DNA of 64,000 nucleotides from Eledone cirrhosa. Lineage: Eukaryota. The translations under genes and the position numbers were made by a program. Shown one piece after another: positions 24,251 through 37,900 of the stretch. Location: positions 141,236,001 through 141,300,000 of the forward strand of contig OZ024743.1 of the NCBI GenBank assembly GCA_964016885.1, given 5' to 3'. The notes beneath the pieces are model-generated. The model was not told where the DNA came from. It did no database searches and saw nothing but the letters and a program-made list of their open reading frames with translations. Each line of letters begins with the position of its first letter. The first letter of the stretch is position 1.

Positions 24251-27200
24251 TGCTTGGTGCTTGGTGTTTGGTGCTTGGTTCTTGGTGTTTGGTGCTTGGT
24301 GCTTGGTGCTTGGTGTTTGGTGCTTGGTGCTTGGTGTTTGGTGCTTGGTGTTTGGTGTTTGGTGCTTGGTGCTTGGTGTTAAGTGTTTGGTGCTTGGTGC
24401 TTGGTGTTTGGTGCTTCGTGCTTGGTGCTTGGTGTTTGGTGCATGGTGCTTGGTGTTTGGGGCTTGGTGCCTGGTGCTTTGTGTTTGGTGCTAGGTGCTT
24501 GGTGCTTGGTCTTTGGTGTTTGGTGCTTAGTACTTGGTGCTTGGTGTTTGGTGCTTGGTGCTTGGTGCTTGGTTATTAGTGTTTGGTGTTTGGTGCTTGG
24601 CGCTTGGTGTTTGGTGCTTGGTGCTTGGTGCTTGGTGTTTGGTGTTTGGTGCTTGCTGCTTGGTGCTTGGTGTTTGGTGCTTGGTGCTTGGTGCTTGGTG
24701 TTTGGTGCTTGGTGTTCGGTGCTTGGTGCTTGGTGCTTGGTGCTTGGTGTTAGGTGTTTGGTGCTTGGTGCTTGGTGTTTGATGTTTGGTCCTTGGTGCT
24801 TGGTGTTTGGTGCTTGCTGCTTGGTGTTTGGTGTTTGGTGCTTGCTGCTTGGTGCTTGGTGCTTGTTGTTTGGTGCTTGGTGCTTGGTCTTTGGTGCTTG
24901 GTGTTTGGTGTTTGGTGCTTGGTGCTTGGTGCTTGGTTTTTGGTGCATGGTGCTTGGTGCTTGGTGTTTGGTGCTTGGTGCTTGGTGCTTGTTGTTTGGT
25001 GCTTGGTGCTTGGTCTTTGGTGCTTGGTGTTTGGTGTTTGGGGCTTGGTGCTTGGTGTTTGTTGCTTGGTGCCTGGTGCTTGGTGTTTGGTGCTTGGTGC
25101 TTGGTGTTTGGTGATTGGTGCTTGGTGCTTGGTGCTTAGTGCTTGGTGTTTGGTGTTTGGTGCTTGGTGTTTGGTGTTTGATGCTTGGTGCTTGGTGCTT
25201 GGTGCTTGGTGCTTGGTGTTCTGTGTTTGGTGCTTGGTGCTTGGTGCTTGTTGTTTGGTGCTTGGTGCTTGGTGATTAGTCTTTGGTGCTTGGTGCATGG
25301 TATTTGGTGTTTGGTGTTTCGTGATTGGGGTCTAGTGTTTGGGTTTTGGTGTTTGGTGCTTGGTGCTTAGTGTTTGGTGTTTGGTGCTTGGTGCTTGGTG
25401 TTTGGTGTTTGGTGTTTGGTGCTTGGTGCTTGGTGCTTTGTGCTTAGTGTTTGGTGCTGGGTGTATGGTGTTTGGTGCTTGGTGCTTGGTGCTTGGTGTT
25501 TGTTGTTTGGTGCTTGGTACTTGGTGTTTGGTGTTTGATGCTTGGTGTTTGATGCTTGTTGCTTGGTGCTTGGTGTTTTGTGTTTGGTGTTTGGTGCTTG
25601 GTGTATGTACTTGGTGCTTGGTGTTTGGTGCTTGGTTCTTGGTGTTTGGTGCTTGGTGCTTGGTGCTTGGTGTTTGGTGCTTGGTGCTTGGTGTTTGGTG
25701 CTTGGTGTTTGGTATTTGGTGCTTGGTGTTTGGTACTTGGTGCTTGGTGCTTGGTGTTAAGTGTTTGGTGCTTGGTGTTTGGTGCTTCGTGCTTGGTGCT
25801 TGGTGTTTGGTGCATGGTGCTTGTTGTTTGGGGCTTGGTGCCTGGTGCTTTGTGTTTGGTGCTAGGTGCTTGGTGCTTGGTCTTTGGTGTTTGGTGCTTG
25901 GTACTTGGTGCTTGGTGTTTGGTGCTTGGTGCTTGGTGCTTGGTTATTAGTGTTTGGTGTTTGGTGCTTGGCGCTTGGTGTTTGGTGCTTGGTGCTTGGT
26001 GCTTGGTGTTTGGTGTTTGGTGCTTGCTGCTTGGTGCTTGGTGTTTGGTGTTTGGTGCTTGCTGCTTGGTGCTTGGTGTTTGGTGCTTGGTGCTTGGTGT
26101 TTGGTGCTTGGTGCTTGCTGTTTGGTGTTTGGTCTTTGGTGCTTGGTGCTTGGTGTTTGGTGTTTGGTGTTTGGTGTTTGGTGTTTGGTGCTTGGTGCTT
26201 CGTGTTTGGTGCTTGGTGTTTGGTGCTTGGTGTATGTACTTGGTGCTTGGTGCTTGGTGTTTGGTGCTTGGTTCTTGGTGTTTGGTGCTTGGTGCTTGGT
26301 GCTTGGTGTTTGGTGCTTGGTGCTTGGTGTTTGGTACTTGGTGCTTGGTGTTTGGTGTTTGGTGTTTGGTGTTTGGTGCTTGGTGCTTGGTGCTTGGTGT
26401 TAAGTGTTTGGTGCTTGGTGCTTCGTGTTTGGTGCTTCGTGCTTGGTGCTTGGTGTTTGGTGCATGGTGCTTGATGTTTGGGGCTTGGTGCCTGGTGCTT
26501 GGTGTTTGGTGCTTGGTGCTTGGTGCTTGGTGTTTGGTGTTTGGTGCTTGGTGCTTGGTGTTTGGTGCTTGGTGTTTGGTGCTTGGTGTTCGGTGCTTGG
26601 CGCTTGGTGCTTGGTACTTGGTGTTAGGTTTTTGGTGCTTGGGGCTTGGTGTTTGGTGTTTGGTGCTTGGTGCTTGGTGTTTGGTGTTTGGTGCTTGGTG
26701 TTTGGTGTTTGGTGCTTTGTGCTTGGTGTTTGGTGCTGGGTGTATGGTGTTTGGTGCTTGGTGCTTGGTGCTTGGTGTTTGGTGTTTGGTGCTTGGTACT
26801 TGGTGTTTGGTGTTTGATGCTTGGTGTTTGATGCTTGTTGCTTGGTGCTTGGTGTTTTGTGTTTGGTGTTTGGTGCTTGGTGTATGTACTTGGTGCTTGG
26901 TGATTGGTGTTTGGTGCTTGGTTCTTGGTTTTTGGTGCTTGGTGCTTGGTGCTTGGTGTTTGGTGCTTGGTGCTTGGTGTTTGGTGCTTGGTGTTTGGTG
27001 TTTGGTGCTTGGTGTTTGGTACTTGGTGCTTGGTGCTTGGTGTTAAGTGTTTGGTGCTTGGTGCTTGGTGTTTGGTGCTTGGTGCTTGGTGCTTGGTGTT
27101 TGGTGCATGGTGCTTGGTGTTTGGGGCTTGGTGCCTGGTGCTTTGTGTTTGGTGCTAGGTGCTTGGTGCTTGGTCTTTGGTGTTTGGTGCTTGGTGCTTG

Positions 27201-28550
27201 GTGCTTGGTGTTTGGTGCTTGGTGCTTGGTGCTTGGTTATTAGTGTTTGGTGCTTGGTGCTTGGGGTTTGGTGTTTGGTGCTTGGTGCTTGGTGTTTGGT
27301 GTTTGCTGTATGGTGTTTGCTGTTTCGTGTTTGGTGTTTGCTGTTTGGTGTTTAATGCTTGGTGCTTGGTGCTTGGTGTTTGGTGCTTGGTGCTTGGTGC
27401 TTGGTGTTTGGCGTTTGCTCTTTGCTGTTTGGTGTTTGGTGCTTGCTGTTTGGTGTTTGGTGTTTGGTGTTTGGTGTTTGTTGCTTGCTGTTTGGTGCTT
27501 GGTGCTTGGTGTTTGGTGTTTGGTGTTTGGTGCTTGGTGCTTGGTGGTTGGTGCTTGGTGCTGGGTGTTTGGTGCTAGGTGCTTGGTGTTTGGTGCTTGG
27601 TGCTTGGTGCTTGGTGCTTGGTCTTTGGTGCTTGGTGTTTGGTGTTTGGTGCTTGGTGCTTGGTGTTTGGTGCTTAGGGCTTGGTGTTTGGTGCTTGGTG
27701 ATTGCTGCTTGGTGTTTGGTGTTTGGTGCTTGGTGCTTGGTGCTTGGTGATTAGTGTTTGGTGCTTGGTGCTTGGTGCCTTGTGCTTGGTGCTTGGTGCT
27801 TGTTGTTTGGTGCTTGGTGCTTGGTGATTAGTGTTTGGTGCTTGGTGCTTGGTGCCTGGTGCTTGGTGCTTGTTGTTTGGTGCTTGGTGCTTGGTGATTA
27901 GTGTTTGGTGCTTGGTGCTTGGGGCTTGGTGTTTGGTGCTTGGTGCTTGCTGTTTGGTGGTTGCTGTTTAGTGCTTGGTGTTTGGTGCTTGGTGCTTGGT
28001 GCTGGGTGGTTGGTGTTTGGTGCTTGGTGCTTGGTGTTTGGTGCTTGGTGCTTGGTGCTTGTTGTTTGGTGCTTGGTGCTTGGTCTTTGGTGCTTGGTGT
28101 TTGGTGTTTGGTGCTTGGTGCTTGGTGCTTGGTTTTTGGTGCTTGGTGCTTGGTGCTTGGTGTTTGGTGCTTGGTGCTTGGTGCTTGTTGTTTGGTGCTT
28201 GGTGCTTGGTCTTTGGTGCTTGGTGTTTGGTGTTTGGTGCTTGGTGCTTCGTGTTTGGTGCTTAGTGCCTGGTGCTTGGTGTTTGGTGCTTGGTGCTTGG
28301 TGTTTGCTGATTGGTGCTTGGTGCTTGGTGCTTGGTGCTTAGTGCTTGGTGTTTGGTGTTTGGTGCTTGGTGTTTGGTGTTTGGTGTTTGATGCTTGGTT
28401 TTTGCTGCTTGGTGCTTGGTGCTTGGTGCTTGGTGTTCTGTGTTTGGTGCTTGGTGCTTGGTGCCTGGTGCTTGGTGCTTGGTGCTTGTTGTTTGGTGCT
28501 TGGTGCTTGGTGATTAGTCTTTGGTGCTTGGTGCTTGGTGTTTGGTGTTT
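19130..28550 (+). repeat. Duplicated block at offset 6,210/6,238 bp (about 19130-22310 and 25340-28550)
   Basis: ORFs 19129/25339 (+6210), and 20583/26821, 20921/27159, 21663/27901 (+6238). Landmarks 19996/26234 and 20646/26884. Confidence 0.85.
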
Positions 28551-31500
28551 GGTGCTTGGTGTTTGGTGTTTGGTGCTGGGTGTATGGTGTTTGGTGCTTG
28601 GTGCTTGGTGCTTGGTATTTGGTGTTTGGTGCTTGGTACTTGGTGTTTGGTGTTTGATGCTTGGTGTTTGATGCTTGTTGCTTGGTGCTTGGTGTTTTGT
28701 GTTTGGTGTTTGGTGCTTGGTGTATGTACTTGGTGCTTGGTGCTTGGTGTTTGGTGCTTGGTGTTTGGTGTTTGGTGCTTGGTGTTTGGTACTTGGTGCT
28801 TGGTGCTTGGTGTTTGGTGCTTGGTTCTTGGTGTTTGGTGCTTGGTGCTTGGTGCTTGGTGTTTGGTGCTTGGTACTTGGTGTTTGGTGCTTGGTGTTTG
28901 GTGTTTGGTGCTTGGTGTTTGGTACTTGGTGCTTGGTGCTTGGTGTTTGGTGCTTGGTTCTTGGTGTTTGGTGCTTGGTGCTTGGTGCTTGGTGTTTGGT
29001 GCTTGGTACTTGGTGTTTGGTGCTTGGTGTTTGGTGTTTGGTGTTTGGTGCTTGGTACTTGGTGTTTGGTGTTTGATGCTTGGTGTTTGATGCTTGTTGC
29101 TTGGTGCTTGGTGTTTTGTGTTTGGTGTTTGGTGCTTGGTGTATGTACTTGGTGCTTGGTGCTTGGTGTTTGGTGCTTGGTGTTTGGTGTTTGGTGCTTG
29201 GTGTTTGGTACTTGGTGCTTGGTGCTTGGTGTTTGGTGCTTGGTTCTTGGTGTTTGGTGCTTGGTGCTTGGTGCTTGGTGCTTGGTGTTTGGTACTTGGT
29301 GCTTGGTGCTTGGTGTTTGGTGCTTCGTGCTTGGTGCTTGGTGTTTGGTGCATGGTGCTTGGTGTTTGGGGCTAGGTGCCTGGTGCTTTCTGTTTGGTGC
29401 TAGGTGCTTGGTGCTTGGTGTTTGGTGCTTGGTGCTTGGTGCTTGGTTATTAGTGTTTGGTGCTTGGTGCTTGGGGTTTGGTGTTTGGTGCTTGGTGCTT
29501 GGTGTTTGGTGTTTGCTGTATGGTGTTTGCTGTTTCGTGTTTGGTGTTTGGTGTTTGTTGTTTAATGCTTGGTGCTTGGTGTTTGGTGTTTGATGTTTGG
29601 TGCTTGGTGCTTGGTGTTTGGTGCTTGGTGCTTGGTGCTGGGTGTTTGGTGCTTGGTGCTTGGTGTTTGGTGCTTGGTGCTTGATGCTTGGTGCTTGGTG
29701 TTTGGTCCTTGGTGCTTGGTGCTTGGTCTTTGGTGCTTGGGGTTTGGTGTTTGGTGCTTGGTGCTTGGTGTTTGGTGCTTGGTGCTTGGTGCTTGGTGTT
29801 TGGTGTTTGGTGCTTGCTGCTTGGTGCTTGGTGTTTGGTGCTTGGTGCTTTGTGATTAGTGTTTGGTGCATGGTGCTTGGTGTTTGTTGTTTGGTGCTTG
29901 GAGCTTGGTGTTTGGTGCTTGGTGCTTGCTGTTTGGTGTTTGGTGTTTGGTGCTTGGTGCTTGGTGTTTGGTGTTTGGTGTTTGGTGTTTGGTGTTTGGT
30001 GCTTGGTGCTTGGTGTTTGGTGCTTGGTGTTTGGTGCTTGGTGTATGTTCTTGGTGCTTGGTGCTTGGTGTTTGGTGCTTGGTTCTTGGTGTTTGGTGCT
30101 TGGTGCTTTGTACTTGGTGTTTGGTGCTTGGTGCTTGGTCTTTGGTGCTTGGTGTTTGGTGTTTGGTGCTTGGTGCTTGGTGTTTGGTGCTTGGTGCCTG
30201 GTGCTTGGTGCTTAGTGCTTGGTGTTTGGTGTTTGGTGCTTGGTGTTTGGTGTTTGATGCTTGGTGCTTGGTGCTTGGTGCTTGGTGCATGGTGTTCTGT
30301 GTTTGGTGCTTGGTGCTTGGTGCTTGTTGTTTGGTGCTTGGTGCTTGGTGATTAGTCTTTGGTGCTTGGTGCTTGGTATTTGGTGTTTGGTGTTTCGTGC
30401 TTGGTGTCTAGTGTTTGGGTTTTGGTGTTTGGTGCTTGGTGCTTAGTGTTTGGTGTTTGGTGCTTGGTGCTTGGTGTTTGGTGTTTGGTGCTTGGTGTTT
30501 GGTGCTTGGTGCTTTGTGCTTAGTGTTTGGTGCTGGGTGTATGGTGTTTGGTGCTTGGTGCTTGGTGCTTGGTGTTTGTTGTTTGGTGCTTGGTACTTGG
30601 TGTTTGGTGTTTGATGCTTGGTGTTTGATGCTTGTTGCTTGGTGCTTGGTGTTTTGTGTTTGGTGTTTGGTGCTTGGTGTATGTACTTGGTGCTTGGTGC
30701 TTGGTGTTTGGTGCTTGGTTCTTGGTGTTTGGTGCTTGGTGCTTGGTGCTTGGTGTTTGGTGCTTGGTGCTTGGTGTTTGGTGCTTGCTGTTTGGTGTTT
30801 GGTGCTTGGTGTTTGGTACTTGGTTCTTGGTGCTTGGTGTTAAGTGTTTGGTGCTTGGTGCTTGGTGTTTGGTGCTTCGTGCTTGGTGCTTGGTGTTTGG
30901 TGCATGGTGCTTGGAGTTTGGGGCTTGGTGCCTGGTGCTTTGTGTTTGGTGCTAGGTGCTTGGTGCTTGGTCTTTGGTGTTTGGTGCTTAGTACTTGGTG
31001 CTTGGTGTTTGGTGCTTGGTGCTTGGTGCTTGGTTATTAGTGTTTGGTGTTTGGTGCTTGGCGCTTGGTGTTTGGTGCTTGGTGCTTGGTGCTTGGTGTT
31101 TGGTGTTTGGTGCTTGCTGCTTGGTGCTTGGTGTTTGGTGCTTGGTGCTTGGTGCTTGGTGTTTGGTGCTTGGTGCTTGCTGTTTGGTGTTTGGTCTTTG
31201 GTGCTTGGTGCTTGGTGTTTGGTGTTTGGTGTTTGGTGTTTGGTGTTTGGTGCTTGGTGCTTCGTGTTTGGTGCTTGGTGTTTGGTGCTTGGTGTATGTA
31301 CTTGGTGCTTGGTGCTTGGTGTTTGGTGCTTGGTTCTTGGTGTTTGGTGCTTGGTGCTTGGTGCTTGGTGTTTGGTGCTTGGTGCTTGGTGTTTGGTACT
31401 TGGTGCTTGGTGTTTGGTGTTTGGTGTTTGGTGTTTGGTGCTTGGTGCTTGGTGCTTGGTGTTAAGTGTTTGGTGCTTGGTGCTTCGTGTTTGGTGCTTC

Positions 31501-33950
31501 GTGCTTGGTGCTTGGTGTTTGGTGCATGGTGCTTGATGTTTGGGGCTTGGTGCCTGGTGCTTGGTGTTTGGTGCTTGGTGCTTGGTGCTTGGTGTTTGGT
31601 GCTGGGTGTTTGGTGCTTGGTGTTCGGTGCTTGGTGCTTGGTGCTTGGTACTTGGTGTTAGGTTTTTGGTGCTTGGGGCTTGGTGTATGGTGTTTGGTGC
31701 TTGGTGCTTGGTGCTTGGTGTTTGGTGTTTGGTGTTTGGTGCTTGGTGTTTGGTGTTTGGTGCTTTGTGCTTGGTGTTTGGTGCTGGGTGTATGGTGTTT
31801 GGTGCTTGGTGCTTGGTGCTTGGTGTTTGGTGTTTGGTGCTTGGTACTTGGTGTTTGGTGTTTGATGCTTGGTGTTTGATGCTTGTTGCTTGGTGCTTGG
31901 TGTTTTGTGTTTGGTGTTTGGTGCTTGGTGTATGTACTTGGTGCTTGGTGATTGGTGTTTGGTGCTTGGTTCTTGGTTTTTGGTGCTTGGTGCTTGGTGC
32001 TTGGTGTTTGGTGCTTGGTGCTTGGTGTTTGGTGCTTGGTGTTTGGTACTTGGTGCTTGGTGCTTGGTGTTAAGTGTTTGGTGCTTGGTGCTTGGTGTTT
32101 GGTGCTTGGTGCTTGGTGCTTGGTGTTTGGTGCATGGTGCTTGGTGTTTGGGGCTTGGTGCCTGGTGCTTTGTGTTTGGTGCTAGGTGCTTGGTGCTTGT
32201 TCTTTGGTGTTTGGTGCTTGGTGCTTGGTGCTTGGTGTTTGGTGCTTGGTGCTTGGTGCTTGGTTATTAGTGTTTGGTGCTTGGTGCTTGGGGTTTGGTG
32301 TTTGGTGCTTGGTTCTTGGTGTTTGGTGTTTGCTGTATGGTGTTTGCTGTTTCATGTTTGGTGTTTGCTGTTTGGTGTTTAATGCTTGGTGCTTGGTGCT
32401 TGGTGTTTGGTGCTTGGTGCTTGGTGCTTGGTGTTTGGCGTTTGCTCTTTGCTGTTTGGTGTTTGGTGCTTGCTGTTTGGTGTTTGGTGTTTGGTGTTTG
32501 GTGTTTGGTGCTTGCTGTTTGGTGCTTGGTGCTTGGTGTTTGGTGTTTGGTGTTTGGTGCTTGGTGCTTGGTGGTTGGTGCTTGGTGCTGGGTGTTTGGT
32601 GCTAGGTGCTTGGTGTTTGGTGCTTGGTGCTTGGTGCTTGGTGCTTGGTCTTTGGTGCTTGGTGTTTGGTGTTTGGTGCTTGGTGCTTGGTGTTTGGTGC
32701 TTAGGGCTTGGTGTTTGGTGCTTGGTGATTGCTGCTTGGTGTTTGGTGTTTGGTGCTTGGTGCTTGGTGCTTGGTGATTAGTGTTTGGTGCTTGGTGCTT
32801 GGTGCCTTGTGCTTGGTGCTTGGTGCTTGTTGTTTGGTGCTTGGTGCTTGGTGATTAGTGTTTGGTGCTTGGTGCTTGGTGCCTGGTGCTTGGTGCTTGT
32901 TGTTTGGTGCTTGGTGCTTGGTGATTAGTGTTTGGTGCTTGGTGCTTGGGGCTTGGTGTTTGGTGCTTGGTGCTTGCTGTTTGGTGGTTGCTGTTTAGTG
33001 CTTGGTGTTTGGTGCTTGGTGCTTGGTGCTGGGTGGTTGGTGTTTGGTGCTTGGTGCTTGGTGTTTGGTGCTTGGTGCTTGGTGCTTGTTGTTTGGTGCT
33101 TGGTGCTTGGTCTTTGGTGCTTGGTGTTTGGTGTTTGGTGCTTGGTGCTTGGTGCTTGGTTTTTGGTGCTTGGTGCTTGGTGCTTGGTGTTTGGTGCTTG
33201 GTGCTTGGTGCTTGTTGTTTGGTGCTTGGTGCTTGGTCTTTGGTGCTTGGTGTTTGGTGTTTGGTGCTTGGTGCTTCGTGTTTGGTGCTTAGTGCCTGGT
33301 GCTTGGTGTTTGGTGCTTGGTGCTTGGTGTTTGCTGATTGGTGCTTGGTGCTTGGTGCTTGGTGCTTAGTGCTTGGTGTTTGGTGCTTGGTGTTTGGTGT
33401 TTGGTGTTTGATGCTTGGTTTTTGCTGCTTGGTGCTTGGTGCTTGGTGCTTGGTGTTCTGTGTTTGGTGCTTGGTGCTTGGTGCCTGGTGCTTGGTGCTT
33501 GGTGCTTGTTGTTTGGTGCTTGGTGCTTGGTGATTAGTCTTTGGTGCTTGGTGCTTGGTGTTTGGTGTTTGGTGCTTGGTGTTTGGTGTTTGGTGCTGGG
33601 TGTATGGTGTTTGGTGCTTGGTGCTTGGTGCTTGGTGTTTGGTGTTTGGTGCTTGGTACTTGGTGTTTGGTGTTTGATGCTTGGTGTTTGATGCTTGTTG
33701 CTTGGTGCTTGGTGTTTTGTGTTTGGTGTTTGGTGCTTGGTGTATGTACTTGGTGCTTGGTGCTTGGTGTTTGGTGCTTGGTGTTTGGTGTTTGGTGCTT
33801 GGTGTTTGGTACTTGGTGCTTGGTGCTTGGTGTTTGGTGCTTGGTTCTTGGTGTTTGGTGCTTGGTGCTTGGTGCTTGGTGTTTGGTGCTTGGTACTTGG
33901 TGTTTGGTGCTTGGTGTTTGGTGTTTGGTGCTTGGTGTTTGGTACTTGGT
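26000..33950 (+). repeat. Duplicated block at offset about 5.02-5.06 kb (about 26000-28930 and 31100-33950)
   Basis: ORFs 27047/32074, 27159/32186 and 27901/32928 (+5027), 28661/33681 (+5020). Landmarks 26234/31296 (+5062). The offsets differ only by multiples of 7. Both copies share the rare TTAGGGC variant (about 27674 and 32701). Confidence 0.82.
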
Positions 33951-34959
33951 GCTTGGTGCTTGGTGTTAAGTGTTTGGTGCTTGGTGCTTGGTGTTTGGTG
34001 CTTCGTGCTTGGTGCTTGGTGTTTGGTGCATGGTGCTTGGTGTTTGGGGCTAGGTGCCTGGTGCTTTCTGTTTGGTGCTAGGTGCTTGGTGCTTGGTCTT
34101 TGGTGTTTGGTGCTTGGTGCTTGGTGCTTGGTGTTTGGTGCTTGGTGCTTGGTGCTTGGTTATTAGTGTTTGGTGCTTGGTGCTTGGGGTTTGGTGTTTG
34201 GTGCTTGGTGCTTGGTGTTTGGTGTTTGATGTATGGTGTTTGCTGTTTCGTGTTTGGTGTTTGGTGTTTGTTGTTTAATGCTTGGTGCTTGGTGTTTGGT
34301 GTTTGATGTTTGGTGCTTGGTGCTTGGTGTTTGGTGCTTGGTGCTTGGTGCTGGGTGTTTGGTGCTTGGTGCTTGGTGTTTGGTGCTTGGTGCTTGATGC
34401 TTGGTGCTTGGTGTTTGGTCCTTGGTGCTTGGTGCTTGGTCTTTGGTGCTTGGGGTTTGGTGTTTGGTGCTTGGTGCTTGGTGTTTGGTGCTTGGTGCTT
34501 GGTGCTTGGTGCTTGGTGTTTGGTGTTTGGTGCTTGCTGCTTGGTGCTTGGTGTTTGGTGCTTGGTGCTTGGTGATTAGTGTTTGGTGCATGGTGCTTGG
34601 TGTTTGTTGTTTGGTGCTTGGAGCTTGGTGTTTGGTGCTTGGTGCTTGCTGTTTGGTGTTTGGTGTTTGGTGCTTGGTGCTTGGTGTTTGGTGTTTGGTG
34701 TTTGGTGTTTGGTGTTTGGTGCTTGGTGCTTGGTGTTTGGTGCTTGGTGTTTGGTGCTTGGTGTATGTACTTGGTGCTTGGTGCTTGGTGTTTGGTGCTT
34801 GGTTCTTGGTGTTTGGTGCTTGGTGCTTTGTACTTGGTGTTTGGTGCTTGGTGCTTGGTCTTTGGTGCTTGGTGTTTGGTGTTTGGTGCTTGGTGCTTGG
34901 TGTTTGGTGCTTGGTGCCTGGTGCTTGGTGTTTGGTGCTTGGTGCTTGGTGTTTGGTGA

Positions 34960-37900
34960 TTGGTGCTTGGTGCTTGGTGCTTAGTGCTTGGTGTTTGGTG
35001 TTTGGTGCTTGGTGTTTGGTGTTTGATGCTTGGTGCTTGGTGCTTGGTGCTTGGTGCATGGTGTTCTGTGTTTGGTGCTTGGTGCTTGGTGCTTGTTGTT
35101 TGGTGCTTGGTGCTTGGTGTCTAGTGTTTGGGTTTTGGTGTTTGGTGCTTGGTGCTTAGTGTTTGGTGTTTGGTGCTTGGTGCTTGGTGTTTGGTGTTTG
35201 GTGCTTGGTGTTTGGTGCTTGGTGCTTTGTGCTTAGTGTTTGGTGCTGGGTGTATGGTGTTTGGTGCTTGGTGCTTGGTGCTTGGTGTTTGTTGTTTGGT
35301 GCTTGGTACTTGGTGTTTGGTGTTTGATGCTTGGTGTTTGATGCTTGTTGCTTGGTGCTTGGTGTTTTGTGTTTGGTGTTTGGTGCTTGGTGTATGTACT
35401 TGGTGCTTGGTGCTTGGTGTTTGGTGCTTGGTTCTTGGTGTTTGGTGCTTGGTGCTTGGTGCTTGGTGTTTGGTGCTTCGTGCTTGGTGCTTGGTGTTTG
35501 GTGCATGGTGATTAGTGTTTGGGGCTTGGTGCCTGGTGCTTTGTGTTTGGTGCTAGGTGCTTGGTGCTTGGTCTTTGGTGTTTGGTGCTTAGTACTTGGT
35601 GCTTGGTGTTTGGTGCTTGGTGCTTGGTGCTTGGTTATTAGTGTTTGGTGTTTGGTGCTTGGCGCTTGGTGTTTGGTGCTTGGTGCTTGGTGCTTGGTGT
35701 TTGGTGTTTGGTGCTTGCTGCTTGGTGCTTGGTGTTTGGTGCTTGGTGCTTGGTGCTTGGTGTTTGGTGCTTGGTGCTTGCTGTTTGGTGTTTGGTGTTT
35801 GGTGCTTGGTGCTTGGTGTTTGGTGTTTGGTGTTTGGTGTTTGGTGTTTGGTGCTTGGTGCTTGGTGTTTGGTGCTTGGTGTTTGGTGCTTGGTGTATGT
35901 ACTTGGTGCTTGGTGCTTGGTGTTTGGTGCTTGGTTCTTGGTGTTTGGTGCTTGGTGCTTGGTGCTTGGTGTTTGGTGCTTGGTGCTTGGTGTTTGGTAC
36001 TTGGTGCTTGGTGTTTGGTGTTTGGTGCTTGGTGTTTGGTGCTTGGTGCTTGGTGCTTGGTGTTAAGTGTTTGGTGCTTGGTGCTTCGTGTTTGGTGCTT
36101 CGTGCTTGGTGCTTGGTGTTTGGTGCATGGTGCTTGATGTTTGGGGCTTGGTGCCTGGTGCTTCGTGTTTGGTGCTTGGTCTTTGGTGGTTGGTGCTTGG
36201 TGTTTGGTGCTTGGTGTTTGGTGCTTGGTGTTCGGTGCTTGGTGCTTGGTGCTTGGTACTTGGTGTTAGGTTTTTGGTGCTTGGGGCTTGGTGTTTGGTG
36301 TTTGGTGCTTGGTGCTTGGTGTTTGGTGTTTGGTGCTTGGTGTTTGGTGTTTGGTGCTTTGTGCTTGGTGTTTGGTGCTGGGTGTATGGTGTTTGCTGCT
36401 TGGTGCTTGGTGCTTGGTGTTTGGTGTTTGGTGCTTGGTACTTGGTGTTTGGTGTTTGATGCTTGGTGTTTGATGCTTGTTGCTTGGTGCTTGGTGTTTT
36501 GTGTTTGGTGTTTGGTGCTTGGTGTATGTACTTGGTGCTTGGTGCTTGGTGTTTGGTGCTTGGTTCTTGGTGTTTGGTGCTTGGTACTTGGTGCTTGGTG
36601 TTTGGTGCTTGGTGCTTGGTGTTTGGTGCTTGGTGTTTGGTGTTTGGTGCTTGGTGTTTGGTACTTGGTGCTTGGTGCTTGGTGTTAAGTGTTTGGTGCT
36701 TGGTGCTTGGTGTTTGGTGCTTCGTGCTTGGTGCTTGGTGTTTGGTGCATGGTGCTTGGTGTTTGGGGCTTGGTGCCTGGGGCTTTGTGTTTGGTGCTAG
36801 GTGCTTGGTGCTTGGTCTTTGGTGTTTGGTGCTTGGTGCTTGGTGCTTGGTGTTTGGTGCTTGGTGCTTGGTGCTTGGTTATTAGTGTTTGGTGCTTGGT
36901 GCTTGGGGTTTGGTGTTTGGTGCTTGGTGCTTGGTGTTTGGTGTTTGCTGTATGGTGTTTGCTGTTTCGTGGTTGGTGTTTGCTGTTTGGTGTTTAATGC
37001 TTGGTGCTTGGTGCTTGGTGTTTGGTGCTTGGTGCTTGGTGCTTGGTGTTTGGCGTTTGCTCTTTGCTGTTTGGTGTTTGGTGCTTGCTGTTTGGTGTTT
37101 GGTGTTTGGTGTTTGGTGTTTGGTGCTTGCTGTTTGGTGCTTGGTGCTTGGTGTTTGGTGTTTGGTGTTTGGTGCTTGGTGCTTGGTGTTTGGTGGTTGG
37201 TGCTTGGTGCTGGGTGTTTGGTGCTAGGTGCTTGGTGTTTCGTGCTTGGTGCTTGGTGCTTGGTGCTTGGTCTTTGGTGCTTGGTGTTTGGTGCTTGGTG
37301 CTTGGTGCTTGTTGTTTGGTGCTTGGGGCTTGGTGTTTGGTGCTTGGTGATTGCTGCTTGGTGTTTGGTGTTTGGTGCTTGGTGCTTGGTGCTTGGTGAT
37401 TAGTGTTTGGTGCTTGGTGCTTGGTGCCTTATGCTTGGTGCTTGGTGCTTGTTGTTTGGTGCTTGGTGCTTGGTGATTAGTGTTTGGTGCTTGGTGCTTG
37501 GTGCCTGGTGCTTGGTGCTTGTTGTTTGGTGCTTGGTGCTTGGTGATTAGTGTTTGGTGCTTGGTGCTTGGGGCTTGGTGTTTGGTGCTTGGTGCTTGGT
37601 GCTTGCTGTTTGGTGGTTGCTGTTTGGTGCTTGGTGTTTGGTGCTTGGTGCTTGGTGCTTGGTGCTTGGTTTTTGGTGCTTGGTGCTTGGTGCTTGGTGT
37701 TTGGTGCTTGGTGCTTGGTGCTTGTTGTTTGGTGCTTGGTGCTTGGTATTTGCTGCTTGGTGTTTGGTGTTTGGTGCTTGGTGCTTGGTGTTTGGTGCTT
37801 GGGGCCTGGTGCTTGGTGTTTGGTGCTTGGTGCTTGGTGTTTGCTGATTGGTGCTTGGTGCTTGGTGCTTGGTGCTTAGTGCTTGGTGTTTGGTGTTTGG

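Noticed and set aside
27674-32707. Canonical telomeric hexamer TTAGGG at about 27674 and 32701
   Set aside because: These are isolated single copies from a point change of the TTGGGGC variant, duplicated together in the 5,027-bp-offset block. They do not form a telomeric tract.
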